The notes beneath the pieces were generated by a model. The model worked only from the letters and a program-made list of their open reading frames with translations, searched no databases and was not told the DNA's origin. Shown here piece after piece: positions 27,745 through 37,085 of a stretch of DNA of 64,000 bases. The translations under genes and the position numbers were made by a program. Source of the stretch: an uncultured Acidobacteriota bacterium (GTDB lineage: Bacteria; Acidobacteriota; Thermoanaerobaculia; Gp7-AA8). Numbering within the stretch: the first letter of the stretch is position 1; each line of letters opens with the position of its first letter. The DNA is taken from contig CAWGHO010000001.1 in NCBI GenBank assembly GCA_963822445.1, positions 288,001 to 352,000 on the forward strand, in the 5' to 3' direction.

Positions 27745-28069
27745 CCTCGATGTCCTGATCGAGCCGACGTTGGCCAATGCGATGAAGGCACGACGAGCCG
27801 TCGCGGCCTGGGGTTCATTTGATCCTGCTTACTCCGCCGAGGAATTCATCTCTGGCAACATCCTCTCGTTTGGTGGGCTTCTACGGGTCGAGAGTCACAG
27901 CCGCGTTCCCGGTGTGGAGTGGAGCGACGTGTGGAACGGCCGGGTCGAGAGCGAGTTACTTGGAGTACCAACTGCATTCGCCGGGGTGAATGAGCTCATC
28001 CGCGGCGCGCATCTCGCATCGGGTTTGCCCGGCGCACGTGAGATTGTGAAAGTTTTCCCAATTGCATAA
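27653..28069 (+). pseudogene. Nucleotidyltransferase (DUF6036/MNT-like), apparently truncated at both ends
   Basis: YVVIGGIAV..RTTRDLD core present; the usual N-terminal helix and the C-terminal KxxxGRxKD motif after ELIR are missing; lower GC. Confidence 0.6.
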
Positions 28070-28134
28070 AATCGCCGCCCCACCGAAGTGGTTCAGCGCC
28101 GCACCGAAGGCAAGCGCTTCCATCGAGAACACTT

Positions 28135-28722
28135 ATGCCAGTCAAGACGATTGAACGAGCCGACTCGATCATCCCTCGCAAAACGGGCTACGCGCCCGGC
28201 GAAGGAGCCGAGAAAGGCCTCATCACCCTCCCCGGAGAGGCCGATCGCGAGGTCGACGACCTCGGCAGCGGGACCTACCTCACCACCAGGCTCGACGCCG
28301 TCGTCGACTGGGCCCGCGGCAACTCGCTCTGGCCCCTGCCTTTCGGCACGGCCTGCTGCGCGATCGAGTTCATGTCGATGGTCTCGTCGCACTACGACAT
28401 CTCCCGCTTCGGCGCGGAAGCAGTGCGCTTCTCCCCGCGGCAGGCCGATCTGATCATCGTGGCCGGGACCATCGTCGACAAGCTCGCGCCGGTGCTCAAG
28501 AAGATCTACGACCAGATGCCCGAGCCGAAGTACGTCATCGCCATGGGCGCCTGCGCAACTTCGGGCGGCTTCTACCGCGCTTACCACGTCGTGCAGGGCA
28601 TCGACGAGATCATCCCCGTCGACATCTGGGTGCCGGGCTGCCCGCCGACGCCGGACGGTCTGATGTACGGCATCCTCAAACTGCGCGAGAAGATCCAGCG
28701 CGGGGAGATTCGGCGCGGATGA
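28135..28722 (+). CDS. nuoB: NADH-quinone oxidoreductase subunit B
   Basis: [27 protein letters not shown]. Confidence 0.97.
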   Translation: MPVKTIERADSIIPRKTGYAPGEGAEKGLITLPGEADREVDDLGSGTYLTTRLDAVVDWARGNSLWPLPFGTACCAIEFMSMVSSHYDISRFGAEAVRFSPRQADLIIVAGTIVDKLAPVLKKIYDQMPEPKYVIAMGACATSGGFYRAYHVVQGIDEIIPVDIWVPGCPPTPDGLMYGILKLREKIQRGEIRRG

Positions 28723-30497
28723 GCACCTTAACGAAGTTCAGCGCCATCCCCTACACCGGCCCCGCGCCGACCAACCGCGCGCCTTACGTTCCTGCGGATG
28801 CGCAGCTCATGGACGCGCGCGGCGCCGAGATCTCGTCGAGGGTCCCGAACCTCGTTCAGGAAACCACCCAGGACCTGCCGACGTTCATCGTCGACAAGGC
28901 GAACATCATCGGCGTCCTGCAGGCCCTTCACGATCATCCCGAGCTCCAGTTCACGATGCCGCTCGATCTGTTCGGCGCCGACTACCCGAATCGCGAAAAG
29001 CGGTTCGACGTCATTTACCAGCTCTACTCGCTGCAGAACAATGAGCGCATCCGCCTCAAGGTCCGCGTCGCCGAAAACGAGAACGTTCCCACCAGCGTCC
29101 ACGTGTTCCAGGGCTACGACTGGTACGAGCGCGAAGTCTTCGACATGTTCGGAATCAAGTTCGACGGGCATCCGAACCTGCGCCGCATCCTCACTCACGA
29201 TGAGTTTCAGGGCCACCCTCTGCGCAAGGACTACGACGCCGCGCAGCGCTGGCTGCTGACCGACGGCGGCATCTCGAAACTGGTTCCGAAGATCGCTCCC
29301 GAGTTCGTGCAGGAAGAAGAGGACTCTGATTTCGAGCGCGTGACGCTGAACCTCGGCCCGTCCCATCCGGCGATGCACGGAACGCTGCGCGTGGTCGTCA
29401 CGCTCGACGGCGAGACCATCGTCGGCACCGAGCAGGAGATCGGTTACCTGCACCGCTGCTTCGAGAAGATGTCCGAGACGCACACCTATCAGCAGGTCAT
29501 CCCGTTCACCGACCGGCTGAACTACTGCTCGGCGTTCATCAACAACGTCGGCTACTGCATGGCCGTGGAGAAGATGCTCGGCATCACCGCGCCGGAGCGC
29601 GCGCAGCACGTCCGCCTGATGCTGTCCGAGTTCTACCGGATCGCGGACCACATCGTCTGCATCGGCACGAACCTTGTCGACCTCGGCGCGCTCACCAACT
29701 TCTGGTACCTCTTCCAGCCGCGCGAAGAAATCATCGCGCTGGCCGAGTCGTGCAGCGGCGCGCGTCTGCTGCCGACCTACCTGCGCATCGGCGGACTGGC
29801 TGTCGACCCGCCGGCCGACTTCCTCTCGAACTCGCAGAAGATCGTGAACATGCTTCCGAAGTTCGTCGACGAAGTGGAAGCGCTGGTGATGAAGAACCGC
29901 ATCTTCCGCGAGCGCGTGGAAGGCGTGGGCGTGCTGTCGCAGAAGGATGCTATCAACTTCGGCTTCACCGGTCCCTGCCTGCGCGCGACCGGCGTCCCGT
30001 ATGACGTGCGCAAGTCGAACCCCTACCTCGGATACGAGACGTACGACTGGGACGTGCCCATCGCCGACGGTGGCGACACGTACGCCCGGTTCCTGGTGCG
30101 GTTCGAGGAGATGCGCCAGTCGCTGCGCATCATCCAGCAGGCCATCAACCGCGGCCTGCCGCCCGGCCCGGTCATGGTCGACAACCCGTACGTGGCCCTG
30201 CCGCCGAAGTCCAAGGTCTACAACGAGATGGAATCGCTGATCTACCACTTCAAGCTGATCATGCACGGCATCCAGCCGCCGGTCGGCGAGACGTACTTCC
30301 AGGTCGAGGGCGGCAACGGCGAAGTCGGCTTCTACATCGTTTCCGACGGCACGAAGAACCCGTATCGGGTTCGCGCGCGGCCGCCCTGCTTCCCCATCTT
30401 CGAAGCGTACGGAAAGATGATCACCGGACAGACGATCCCCGACGCGATCGCGACTCTCGGGTCGCTCAACATCATCGCCGGAGAACTGGACCACTAA
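28719..30497 (+). CDS. nuoCD: NADH-quinone oxidoreductase subunit C/D fusion
   Basis: [11 protein letters not shown] and GHPLRKDY (NuoC); [26 protein letters not shown] (NuoD). Confidence 0.96.
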   Translation: MSTLTKFSAIPYTGPAPTNRAPYVPADAQLMDARGAEISSRVPNLVQETTQDLPTFIVDKANIIGVLQALHDHPELQFTMPLDLFGADYPNREKRFDVIYQLYSLQNNERIRLKVRVAENENVPTSVHVFQGYDWYEREVFDMFGIKFDGHPNLRRILTHDEFQGHPLRKDYDAAQRWLLTDGGISKLVPKIAPEFVQEEEDSDFERVTLNLGPSHPAMHGTLRVVVTLDGETIVGTEQEIGYLHRCFEKMSETHTYQQVIPFTDRLNYCSAFINNVGYCMAVEKMLGITAPERAQHVRLMLSEFYRIADHIVCIGTNLVDLGALTNFWYLFQPREEIIALAESCSGARLLPTYLRIGGLAVDPPADFLSNSQKIVNMLPKFVDEVEALVMKNRIFRERVEGVGVLSQKDAINFGFTGPCLRATGVPYDVRKSNPYLGYETYDWDVPIADGGDTYARFLVRFEEMRQSLRIIQQAINRGLPPGPVMVDNPYVALPPKSKVYNEMESLIYHFKLIMHGIQPPVGETYFQVEGGNGEVGFYIVSDGTKNPYRVRARPPCFPIFEAYGKMITGQTIPDAIATLGSLNIIAGELDH

Positions 30498-30499
30498 CC

Positions 30500-31150
30500 A
30501 TGGCGCTTACTCGCGTATCCCCCGGCGTGGTCAAGGTCGAGCGTGAAGCGATGACACTGGCCGAGCGCATCTACCTGCCGCAGGTCATCGGCGGCATGCT
30601 CCGCACGATCAAGCATCTGTTCAAGAACCTCTTCAACATGAAGGGGCTGCCGATCATCTCGTATCCCGAGGTGAAGCGCGTTTACTCGGAGCGCTTCCGG
30701 GGACGGCACATCCTCACCTCTCGCGAAGACGGCACCACGCGCTGCGTCGCGTGCTACATGTGCTCGACGGCCTGCCCGGCGGAATGCATCACCATCGAGG
30801 CCGGCGAGGACGAGCGCACGCGCGAGAAGTTCCCCGTGCGCTACGACATCGATCTGCTGCGCTGCGTGTTCTGCGGCTACTGCGTCGATGCGTGCCCCGA
30901 GGATGCGATTTACATGACCCGCGATTACGAGATGGCGATCGACACGCGCGCACGCGCCGTGGTCGGTCTCCGCGATCTGGTCGTGCCGCCGAACTTCCCG
31001 GTCGGCCCGATGGGCTGGCGGCCGTACTACGGCGCGATGGACAAGCGCGGCACCGCGGGCGGCACGGGACTCGGACAGCCGCTGCGCGAAGCGCCGTACG
31101 AGGATGATGCGCCGCCCAATCCGGATCTGTTTCGCGGCGGCGCGGCCTGA
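30500..31150 (+). CDS. nuoI: NADH-quinone oxidoreductase subunit I
   Basis: RFRGRH, CVACYMCSTACP, CVFCGYCVDACP. Confidence 0.95.
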   Translation: MALTRVSPGVVKVEREAMTLAERIYLPQVIGGMLRTIKHLFKNLFNMKGLPIISYPEVKRVYSERFRGRHILTSREDGTTRCVACYMCSTACPAECITIEAGEDERTREKFPVRYDIDLLRCVFCGYCVDACPEDAIYMTRDYEMAIDTRARAVVGLRDLVVPPNFPVGPMGWRPYYGAMDKRGTAGGTGLGQPLREAPYEDDAPPNPDLFRGGAA

Positions 31151-31174
31151 AGCCGGATATCATCGCCCGTCCCC

Positions 31175-31636
31175 ATGAAACCGCTCGAGACCACGGTCGA
31201 AGAGGTCCTTCGCAAGGCCATCCAGTCTGAAGTCGAGACGCGGGTGTACTACCAGAAGCTCGCCGAACGAGCCGCGACGCCAGCCGTTCGCGCGCGCCTG
31301 CTGCAGCTCTCCGATCTGGAGCTCGTGCACCGCGCGAAGATGGAGCGGAAGTACCGCGAGATGGTCGGCCAGCCGCCTCCGCCGCCCGAGCCGGTCGCGA
31401 TCGAGATTCCACCCGAAGTAGCCAACCTTGACATGACCCGCGCGCTGAAGAATGCGCTGGAGCGGGAGCGGGACTCGGAGAGTTACTTCCGCTTCATGGC
31501 CGAGCGCGTCCCCGGCCACACCGAGCTCGGAAAGCTTTTCATGGAGCTGGCCGAGATCGAGTGGAAGCACAAGACCGAGTTGCAGGCCGAGTACGACGCG
31601 ACCGGCGATCCGGACAAATTCCTCTTCGAGATCTAG
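31175..31636 (+). CDS. Rubrerythrin/ferritin-like di-iron protein
   Basis: AIQSE..YY..ELVH and ALERE..YF..EWKH. Confidence 0.85.
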   Translation: MKPLETTVEEVLRKAIQSEVETRVYYQKLAERAATPAVRARLLQLSDLELVHRAKMERKYREMVGQPPPPPEPVAIEIPPEVANLDMTRALKNALERERDSESYFRFMAERVPGHTELGKLFMELAEIEWKHKTELQAEYDATGDPDKFLFEI

Positions 31637-31657
31637 GCGGGCACGGCCCGCAGCGCT

Positions 31658-31761
31658 GGTTGCTGCGCAGGACGCACGTGCGGCTGCCAAGTCGGTTTGA
31701 GTCGCGCAGCCGCCAATTTCGAACCGACTTGGCAGCCGTACGTGCGCTCTGCGAAGCAACC
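31658..31761. repeat. Long imperfect palindrome (43 bp arms)
   Basis: 31658-31700 versus 31719-31761, about 5 differences, 18 nt loop. Confidence 0.8.
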
Positions 31762-31784
31762 CACGCAGCGGCGCGTCGCCGCAA

Positions 31785-31823
31785 AATTCAGAAGCCCGAT
31801 GGCGCTACGCGCGCCACCGGGCT
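31785..31823 (-). terminator. Probable intrinsic terminator of the minus-strand ncRNA candidate
   Basis: AGCCCGGTGGCGC/GCGCCATCGGGCT stem followed by TCTGAATTTT on the minus strand. Confidence 0.55.
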
Positions 31824-31834
31824 GTCTGCTCTCT

Positions 31835-31970
31835 CTCATACAACACGCTGCCGGTTCTCGATACGGCACCGCTGTACTTGAGTTGTCATCCTAAGCACCC
31901 GTGGTCAGCGGGCCGGTGGTGCGCCATAAAAAAACGGTGAGTCGATGCGGGTCTGGCCGCGTCACGTGAG
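31835..31970 (-). ncRNA. Candidate structured ncRNA with 6S-like rod and central bubble
   Basis: Manual pairing: CTCACGTGACGCG with CGTGTTGTATGAG, GCC/GGC, TCGA/TCGA, CACCGTT/AGCGGTG, AU-rich bubble, apical GCACC/GGTGC stem; non-coding gap; downstream terminator. Confidence 0.5.
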
Positions 31971-32022
31971 TCCCTCATACGGACCCCGTCAGAGAAGCGT
32001 GAAAGGCTACAATTCGCCTCCC

Positions 32023-33171
32023 ATGCCGCTCATCTATCTCGACAACAACGCCACGACCCGCGTCGCCGACGAGGTCATCGCCGCGATGACCCCCTTCTAC
32101 CGCGAGCACTACGGCAACGCCCACGCGATCCACTCCCTGGGCCGCCGGTCCCACGACGCGGTGGAAAGCTCTCGCGCCGCGGTGGCCTCGCTCCTCGACT
32201 GCGAGGCCTCGGAGGTCATCTTCACGAGCTGCGGGACCGAGGGGAATGCGATGGTCATTCGGGGCCTGGTCGATCGGAATCCCGAGCGGCGGCAGGTCGT
32301 CACCACGTCCGTCGAGCATCCGTCTGTCCTCTCGCTGCTGCGGTCGCTGGAATCGGCGCGCGTCATCGGGCTGACCATCGTGCCCGTCGACACAAATGGT
32401 GAGATCGATCTCGATGCGATGACCCGCGCCATTGACGACAAGACCCTGCTCGTCTCGGTGATGCTCGCCCAGAACGAGACCGGCGTCCTGCACCCGGTGG
32501 CGAAAATCGCGGAGCTCGCGCATGCGCGCGGCGCGCTGATGCATGTCGATGGCGTCCAGGCGGCGGGCAAAGTCCCGGTCTCGCAGCGCGACCTCGGCGC
32601 GGACTTCATGACCATTTCAGGCCACAAGTTCCACGCGCCGAAAGGGATCGGCGCGCTGACCATCCGCCGCGGCCTCGGCCTGAAGCCGTTGTGGCTGGGC
32701 GGCGGGCAGGAGCTCGGATTTCGCTCCGGAACCGAGGCGGTGCCTTCGATCGTCGGGCTGGCCACGGCGGCGCGGCTCGCGGGCGAGGCGCTGGCGAGCT
32801 ACGAGCGCGTTCGCACGTTGCGCGACAAGCTCGAGTCCTCGATCCTCTCGCGCGTCGAGGAGACTTCGGTGAACGGCGCCGCGCAGCCGCGTCTCGGGAA
32901 CACCGCCAACATCTCTTTTCACGACGCCGCCGCGGACGAGGTCGTGCGCGCGCTCGATGCCGAGGGGATTTGCGCGTCAGCCGGTGCGGCGTGTCATTCG
33001 GGGAGCGTCGAGCCGAGCGGCACGATGAAGGCCATGGGCAGACCGCTGCGGATCGCAATGGGAGCGGTGCGGTTCTCCCTGTCGCGCTACACGACCGCGG
33101 AGGAAATCGACCGGGCCCTGGAAGTCATTGCGGACGCTGTGAACAAGTGCCGATACGCTAATTTGGCCTAA
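32023..33171 (+). CDS. Cysteine desulfurase (IscS/NifS family)
   Basis: IYLDNNATT, FTSCGTE, SGHKFHAPKGIG, RSGTE, SAGAACHS. Confidence 0.93.
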   Translation: MPLIYLDNNATTRVADEVIAAMTPFYREHYGNAHAIHSLGRRSHDAVESSRAAVASLLDCEASEVIFTSCGTEGNAMVIRGLVDRNPERRQVVTTSVEHPSVLSLLRSLESARVIGLTIVPVDTNGEIDLDAMTRAIDDKTLLVSVMLAQNETGVLHPVAKIAELAHARGALMHVDGVQAAGKVPVSQRDLGADFMTISGHKFHAPKGIGALTIRRGLGLKPLWLGGGQELGFRSGTEAVPSIVGLATAARLAGEALASYERVRTLRDKLESSILSRVEETSVNGAAQPRLGNTANISFHDAAADEVVRALDAEGICASAGAACHSGSVEPSGTMKAMGRPLRIAMGAVRFSLSRYTTAEEIDRALEVIADAVNKCRYANLA

Positions 33172-35373
33172 ATGATCCGCGCCCTACCGGCTGTCTTCCT
33201 TCTCAGTGCCCTTTCCTCCCTCGCAGCCGGCCGCATGCTGCCCCCGCGCGAGCTCGCACCGACGCCGTACTCGACGCACCTGCCGGCGACCGCGTTCGCG
33301 GGCGAGCGCTTTCTCACGGTCTGGTTCGAACAGCGGGCGAACTTCACGCTGATCATGGGAGCGTTCAGCGATGCCGACGGGCAGCGTGTGAGCGAACAGG
33401 CGTTTCCGATCCTCGTGACGCCGATGAACCACTCCCTGCAGCTCCTCGGCACCGGCGATTCCTACGCCATGTTCTGGCGGGACAACCATGGAGAAATGTG
33501 GATGGCGGACCTCAATCTCGCCGGTCACGTCACCGCTCTCCGGTATCTCCCTTTTCTCGCGCACAGCAGCGTCCGCATGGCCTGGAACGGAGCGTTTTTC
33601 CTGGCGCTGGTGTCGCAGCCGACGACCGGGGAGCGGCTGACCGAAGCATTTCTGCTCGACCGCGAAGGGCGGATCGTGCGACCGGCCGTTCCGGTGGGCG
33701 GGCAACCGCTCTGGTTCGACATCGCGGCGGGAGCGGAAGTGTTCACGGTCGTCACGGGCGGCTGGGACGGCCTGTTCGCGCATCGGGTGGCGATCGACGG
33801 CACGTCCGTGGCCACGACCATCGAGCGCTCAACGACCGCGTCTCGCGCACTACGCGCGGTGGCCATCGCGAAAGAGAACGGGGACGTGCTCGTGATCTGG
33901 TCAGCATCCGGAGTCGATGTCGCCGATCTCAAGTCGGTCGTCCTTCGTCCGAACGGCGAGCTTTCCGAGGTCCATGTCGCCGGGAAAGCCGGAGTTGCAC
34001 CCATTCATCTGATGCCGGCCGGCGATGGGTACCTGCTCGCAACTCTTGCTCCTACCGAGGCAGGTCGTCACGCAATCTCGTCGATGGCGGTGGGTGCTGA
34101 TGGCTCGTTCGGTGCCGTCTCCACTACCGCGATCGAGATCGCGAATTGGCGAGCGACGGCGGCATCGAACGGCGCCGTGATTCAGGTCGTCGCCAACCCG
34201 GTCGTTCCAGCAGTCTCGCAGATCGCGAGCGTCGCTCTCAGCCCGAACGGAACCGCAACCGGACCGGCGGTCCTTTCCAACGGCCGCGGGCGGCAACTCC
34301 AGCCCGCGCTTGGCGCCGGAGGCGGCACGTTCCTCATCAGCTGGCCGGATCAGAACGCGGAAGACACGTTGATCCGGACGACGACGATCAACGCGCTCGG
34401 CGACCTCTCCACCGTCCGCACGCTTCAGCCCCCCGCATTCCTCGGCGCGAACGACCTCGCCTGGAACGGCAGCGAATATCTCGCACTCACCTGGAGCGGG
34501 ACCTGGCTGATGGCGCGCCGCGTCGCGTTCGACGGCGCGCCGATCGATGCGGAGCCGATCGTCGTGGCCACGGACGCGCAAAACGCAAACTCGAACCCGA
34601 CGGCAGCTCTGACGTGGGCCGATGATCGCTGGGTGGTGGTGTACCCGTCCGGCGAAGAGATGATGTTCGCGACGGTATCGCGCGCCGGCGTGGTGACGCC
34701 GCCGCGGTCGTTGTCACTCGCCACTCCCCTTCCCCCGAACACAGAGCGGCTTTTCACCGATCGTCCCGCGATCGCCTTCGATGGCCGCCGCCTGCTGATG
34801 GTCTGGTCCGAGAAGCGACTGATCCCGTGCCCATTCCCGATCTGCGACTTCCCGCCCGATGAAGCATTCGCGATCCGGCTCGACCGCGACGGCAACGTTC
34901 TCGACGCCGAGGCGTTGCGCCTTCCGGATGAAGCGGCATCCGGGGCGGCCATCGCGACGAGCGGCGAGGAGTTTCTCGTCATTCCAAACTTCCTGATGCG
35001 TGCGTTCGTCATCGACGGCGACCGGATTTCGCTGCAGATCGCGTCGTCCACGCCGTTGCTCGAAGGTGCATCTGCGATGGCCGACGTCCTGTGGGACGGC
35101 GCGCATTACGTCGTCGCACTCCGCTACCAGCAGAACTTCGCGTGGCACGTCGGTCTGGTGCGACTGGATCGCCGCGGCGACGAGGTCGAGCCGTTGCGCG
35201 CGGCGGTGACGCGAGCACCGGAGACCTTCACCGCACCGAGCATCGCCGTTGCGCCGGGCCTTGGAACGCTGATCGCGACTCAGGAACGCGATCTCGTCAA
35301 TGGCGCGCGCGCGATCGTGTATCGCGAGGACGAGTTGAATCCTCAACCGACGCGGCGGCGATCGGTGCGTTAG
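33172..35373 (+). CDS. Secreted beta-repeat (AWDGxxYLVVW) protein with C-terminal RRRSVR tail
   Basis: Signal peptide; repeats PATAFAGERFLTVW, DLAWNGSEYLALTW, PAIAFDGRRLLMVW; ends PQPTRRRSVR. Confidence 0.8.
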   Translation: MIRALPAVFLLSALSSLAAGRMLPPRELAPTPYSTHLPATAFAGERFLTVWFEQRANFTLIMGAFSDADGQRVSEQAFPILVTPMNHSLQLLGTGDSYAMFWRDNHGEMWMADLNLAGHVTALRYLPFLAHSSVRMAWNGAFFLALVSQPTTGERLTEAFLLDREGRIVRPAVPVGGQPLWFDIAAGAEVFTVVTGGWDGLFAHRVAIDGTSVATTIERSTTASRALRAVAIAKENGDVLVIWSASGVDVADLKSVVLRPNGELSEVHVAGKAGVAPIHLMPAGDGYLLATLAPTEAGRHAISSMAVGADGSFGAVSTTAIEIANWRATAASNGAVIQVVANPVVPAVSQIASVALSPNGTATGPAVLSNGRGRQLQPALGAGGGTFLISWPDQNAEDTLIRTTTINALGDLSTVRTLQPPAFLGANDLAWNGSEYLALTWSGTWLMARRVAFDGAPIDAEPIVVATDAQNANSNPTAALTWADDRWVVVYPSGEEMMFATVSRAGVVTPPRSLSLATPLPPNTERLFTDRPAIAFDGRRLLMVWSEKRLIPCPFPICDFPPDEAFAIRLDRDGNVLDAEALRLPDEAASGAAIATSGEEFLVIPNFLMRAFVIDGDRISLQIASSTPLLEGASAMADVLWDGAHYVVALRYQQNFAWHVGLVRLDRRGDEVEPLRAAVTRAPETFTAPSIAVAPGLGTLIATQERDLVNGARAIVYREDELNPQPTRRRSVR

Positions 35374-35795
35374 TCAGCAACGCGCGACCAGCACCACTCG
35401 TCACCGTCCTTGCCGTCGTCGACGCGCGCGCACAGCTTGCCGTCGCGCAGCTCGTAGACGATCCGCTTCGGGAAATCGTGCTGCGGATTCGCGAAGACGA
35501 CCCTCCCCGGTTTCGATTCGACGAGCAGGAACGACACCGGCGGCTTGCCGCCAGGCTGGGCGATGTAGGCGATGCCGTCGGGCGTCTTCGCGATCCGGAT
35601 GAACTCGAACGCCACCTTGCCGGTCTTCCTCACCGTGCGGCTCATGCCGAGCATCAGATTCCCTTTCGGGGCGAGCCACAGCTCTTCGACTTCCCCTTCG
35701 GACCAGTGACCGCTGATCCAGGCCAGATCATCGACGACCGGTTCGGCCGCGGACAGAGGCAACGCGAGAAGGAGAAGCAGCAGGAGTCGGCGCAT
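35370..35795 (-). CDS. DUF6265 family exported protein
   Basis: LAWISGHW, EELWLAP, FANPQHDFPKRIVY. Confidence 0.8.
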   Translation of the reverse strand: MRRLLLLLLLALPLSAAEPVVDDLAWISGHWSEGEVEELWLAPKGNLMLGMSRTVRKTGKVAFEFIRIAKTPDGIAYIAQPGGKPPVSFLLVESKPGRVVFANPQHDFPKRIVYELRDGKLCARVDDGKDGDEWCWSRVAD

Positions 35796-35805
35796 GACGG
35801 ACAGA

Positions 35806-36561
35806 TTAGCCGTTCGTGACGCGGCCGTCTTGGAGAAACCGGACACCGAGGCCGGGCGGGAGCTCGATCCAGCGCGAGGGGGAAAGTCCGGCCATGCTCC
35901 GGAACTCGTTCACCAGATGCGGCTGATCGCAGAAGCCCGCGTCCGTGGCCACGTCTGCGGCTGTCGCTCCACCGCGCAACAGCGATGCGGCGCGATTCAA
36001 ACGGCACACGCGCGCGAGCGTTTTCGGAGTGAGGCCGTGGGAACGTTCGAACGCGCGATTCAGCGTGCGAATCGAAACGCCGCACAGCTCGGCCAATCGC
36101 GAAATGGAAATGCGTCCGGCGGTGCGACGAATGGCTGCTGCCGCGTGCTCCGCGAGCGCGTCGCGCTGCGCGTCGCCGAATTCGTTGCCGATGATCGCGA
36201 CGCGCTCCTCATCACCCGCCCCCGCCAGCCGCTCGTACAGATTCGTCCGCAGCTCGAGCATCCGATCGCGAACCTCGCTAAGCGGCGCGCCGATGACCGA
36301 CGTCGCCCGTCCGTCGCGCAGCGTCACGCCCATGAAATCCGCGCGGCCCGAAGGCTGGATGGTGACCGCGCGACGCGTCTCCCCGGAAAGCATGGCTCGC
36401 GGCTGCGGCGAACCGTCCTGCATCACCACATCGCCGAAGTTGAAGATCAGCTCGAAGCGGCCGTCGGGAAGAATGGTCTCGCGGCCACCACTCCCGCCTC
36501 GCGCGAACCAGACCCGTTCGATCGGGGACCACTCTGGCAGCGCGACTTGGCGAAAGTCCAT
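35806..36561 (-). CDS. AraC-family transcriptional regulator (DUF6597-type N-terminus)
   Basis: ILPDGRFELIF; GLTPK; GFCDQPHLVNEFRSMAGLSP. Confidence 0.9.
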   Translation of the reverse strand: MDFRQVALPEWSPIERVWFARGGSGGRETILPDGRFELIFNFGDVVMQDGSPQPRAMLSGETRRAVTIQPSGRADFMGVTLRDGRATSVIGAPLSEVRDRMLELRTNLYERLAGAGDEERVAIIGNEFGDAQRDALAEHAAAAIRRTAGRISISRLAELCGVSIRTLNRAFERSHGLTPKTLARVCRLNRAASLLRGGATAADVATDAGFCDQPHLVNEFRSMAGLSPSRWIELPPGLGVRFLQDGRVTNG

Positions 36562-37076
36562 CAGAGGACGATCGTGTAGCCGAGGGTCTTCAGATCGGGC
36601 ATGCGGTCGAGATAGACGTGGCCGTCGGTGTGATCGATCTCGTGCTGGAAGATGCGCGCGGTGAAGTCCTCGACCTCGAGCTCGAGCGGATCGCCGTCGT
36701 GGTCGTATCCGCGAAGGCGCACCTTTTTGTGACGCGGGGTTTCGCCGCCGAGGAAGGGCACGCTCAGGCAGCCTTCCCAGTCGGTGATCCGGTCCGTGCC
36801 CACCGGTTCATACGTCGCGTTGAAGATCGCGCCCGCGCCGACCTGCTTCACCCCGCGGCGCTTGGCCACGCGCTCCTGCACCTCGAACACGAACACGCGA
36901 ATCGGCAGATGCACCTGCGGTCCGGCCAGGCCGACGCCCTCGTAGGCGTGCATCGTCTCGACCATGTCCTCGATCAGCGTGCGGAACTTTCCGGCCTTGA
37001 TGTCCTTCAGTTCCACGTCCGACGCCTTCTGGCGCAGAACGGGATGACCGAGGCGGGACACTTTCAGAATTGCCAT
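36561..37076 (-). CDS. def: Peptide deformylase
   Basis: GVGLAGPQ, EGCLS, QHEIDH. Confidence 0.95.
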   Translation of the reverse strand: MAILKVSRLGHPVLRQKASDVELKDIKAGKFRTLIEDMVETMHAYEGVGLAGPQVHLPIRVFVFEVQERVAKRRGVKQVGAGAIFNATYEPVGTDRITDWEGCLSVPFLGGETPRHKKVRLRGYDHDGDPLELEVEDFTARIFQHEIDHTDGHVYLDRMPDLKTLGYTIVL

Positions 37077-37085
37077 GGCCGGAGT

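Noticed and set aside
28719-30497. Group 4 [NiFe]-hydrogenase large subunit
   Set aside because: No N- or C-terminal CxxC nickel-binding motifs; the sequence matches NuoCD.
31633-31894. Short ORFs in the rubrerythrin-desulfurase gap
   Set aside because: They run across the palindrome and terminator and lack protein-like composition; an RNA explanation fits better.
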